DNA from: a virus
Lineage: Duplodnaviria > Heunggongvirae > Uroviricota > Caudoviricetes
Strand: one strand, 5' to 3'
DNA length: 51,277 nucleotides
IMG/VR virus record: IMGVR_UViG_2851955134_000001
Of this stretch, positions 50,856 to 51,277 are shown piece by piece (the first letter of the stretch is position 1; each line of letters begins with the position of its first letter). Below the pieces are notes generated by a model, which saw only the letters and a list, made by a program, of their open reading frames with translations, searched no databases and had not been told where the DNA came from. Made by a program: the position numbers and the translations under genes.

Positions 50856-51277
50856 CCTCGCGCATACAGCCGGGCAGTGACGTCATCGTCTGCGCGGAAA
50901 TGGACGAACAGTGGGGCTATGTCGGGGCTAAATCGCGCCAGCGCTGGCTGTTTTACGCGTATGACAGGCTCCGGAAGACGGTTGTTGCGCACGTATTCGG
51001 TGAACGCACTATGGCGACGCTGGGGCGTCTTATGAGCCTGCTGTCACCCTTTGACGTGGTGATATGGATGACGGATGGCTGGCCGCTGTATGAATCCCGC
51101 CTGAAGGGAAAGCTGCACGTAATCAGCAAGCGATATACGCAGCGAATTGAGCGGCATAACCTGAATCTGAGGCAGCACCTGGCACGGCTGGGACGGAAGT
51201 CGCTGTCGTTCTCAAAATCGGTGGAGCTGCATGACAAAGTCATCGGGCATTATCTGAACATAAAACACTATCAATAA
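50774..51277 (+). CDS. insB: IS1 InsB (expressed as InsAB' via -1 frameshift at the A6C motif)
   Basis: 167-aa ORF overlapping insA; ttaaaaaac slippery run near 50827. Confidence 0.9.
   Translation: MPGNSPHYGHWPQHDFTSLKKLRPQSVTSRIQPGSDVIVCAEMDEQWGYVGAKSRQRWLFYAYDRLRKTVVAHVFGERTMATLGRLMSLLSPFDVVIWMTDGWPLYESRLKGKLHVISKRYTQRIERHNLNLRQHLARLGRKSLSFSKSVELHDKVIGHYLNIKHYQ

Larger units (their letters stand above)
50525..51277 (+). mobile_element. IS1 insertion sequence (left end present; right ~15 bp beyond window)
   Basis: IRL ggtgatgctgccaacttactgat at 50525; insA and insB ORFs. Confidence 0.9.

Overview
Read by eye from the sequence and the ORF track only; no database search was run, and all homology calls rest on recalled protein sequences and motifs. 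The window is dominated by a near-complete lambdoid prophage lying in reverse orientation (about 1..48234). Its virion module (Nu1-A-W-B-C-D-E-FI-FII-Z-U-V-G/T-H-M-L-K-I-J, then side tail fibre and Tfa) is on the minus strand from the cos site (~25.6 kb) down to the window start and closely matches phage lambda. Right of cos lie a moron region, a phage-21-type pinholin/SAR-endolysin lysis cassette with Rz/Rz1 and bor, a DNA methyltransferase, a Q-like antiterminator, a nin-like region (RusA, DUF968-like), a second moron cluster (lipoprotein, hok, QueH-like), Rac-like replication and immunity genes, and a plus-strand early-left operon ending in xis-int beside tRNA-Ser(CGA). Host DNA follows: mtfA, tRNA-Asn, a P4-type integrase remnant and a partial IS1. 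Two IS elements are inserted in the prophage (an IS66-family element with an 8-bp target duplication upstream of stf; an IS5 with TTAA duplication in the cos-proximal moron). The most interesting candidates are an AT-rich two-gene module of unknown function bounded by ~170-bp direct repeats between cos and bor, an ~880-bp ORF-free structured region in the early-left operon, a large exonuclease with a DEDDh domain and no RecT partner, and a QueH-like gene beside hok.
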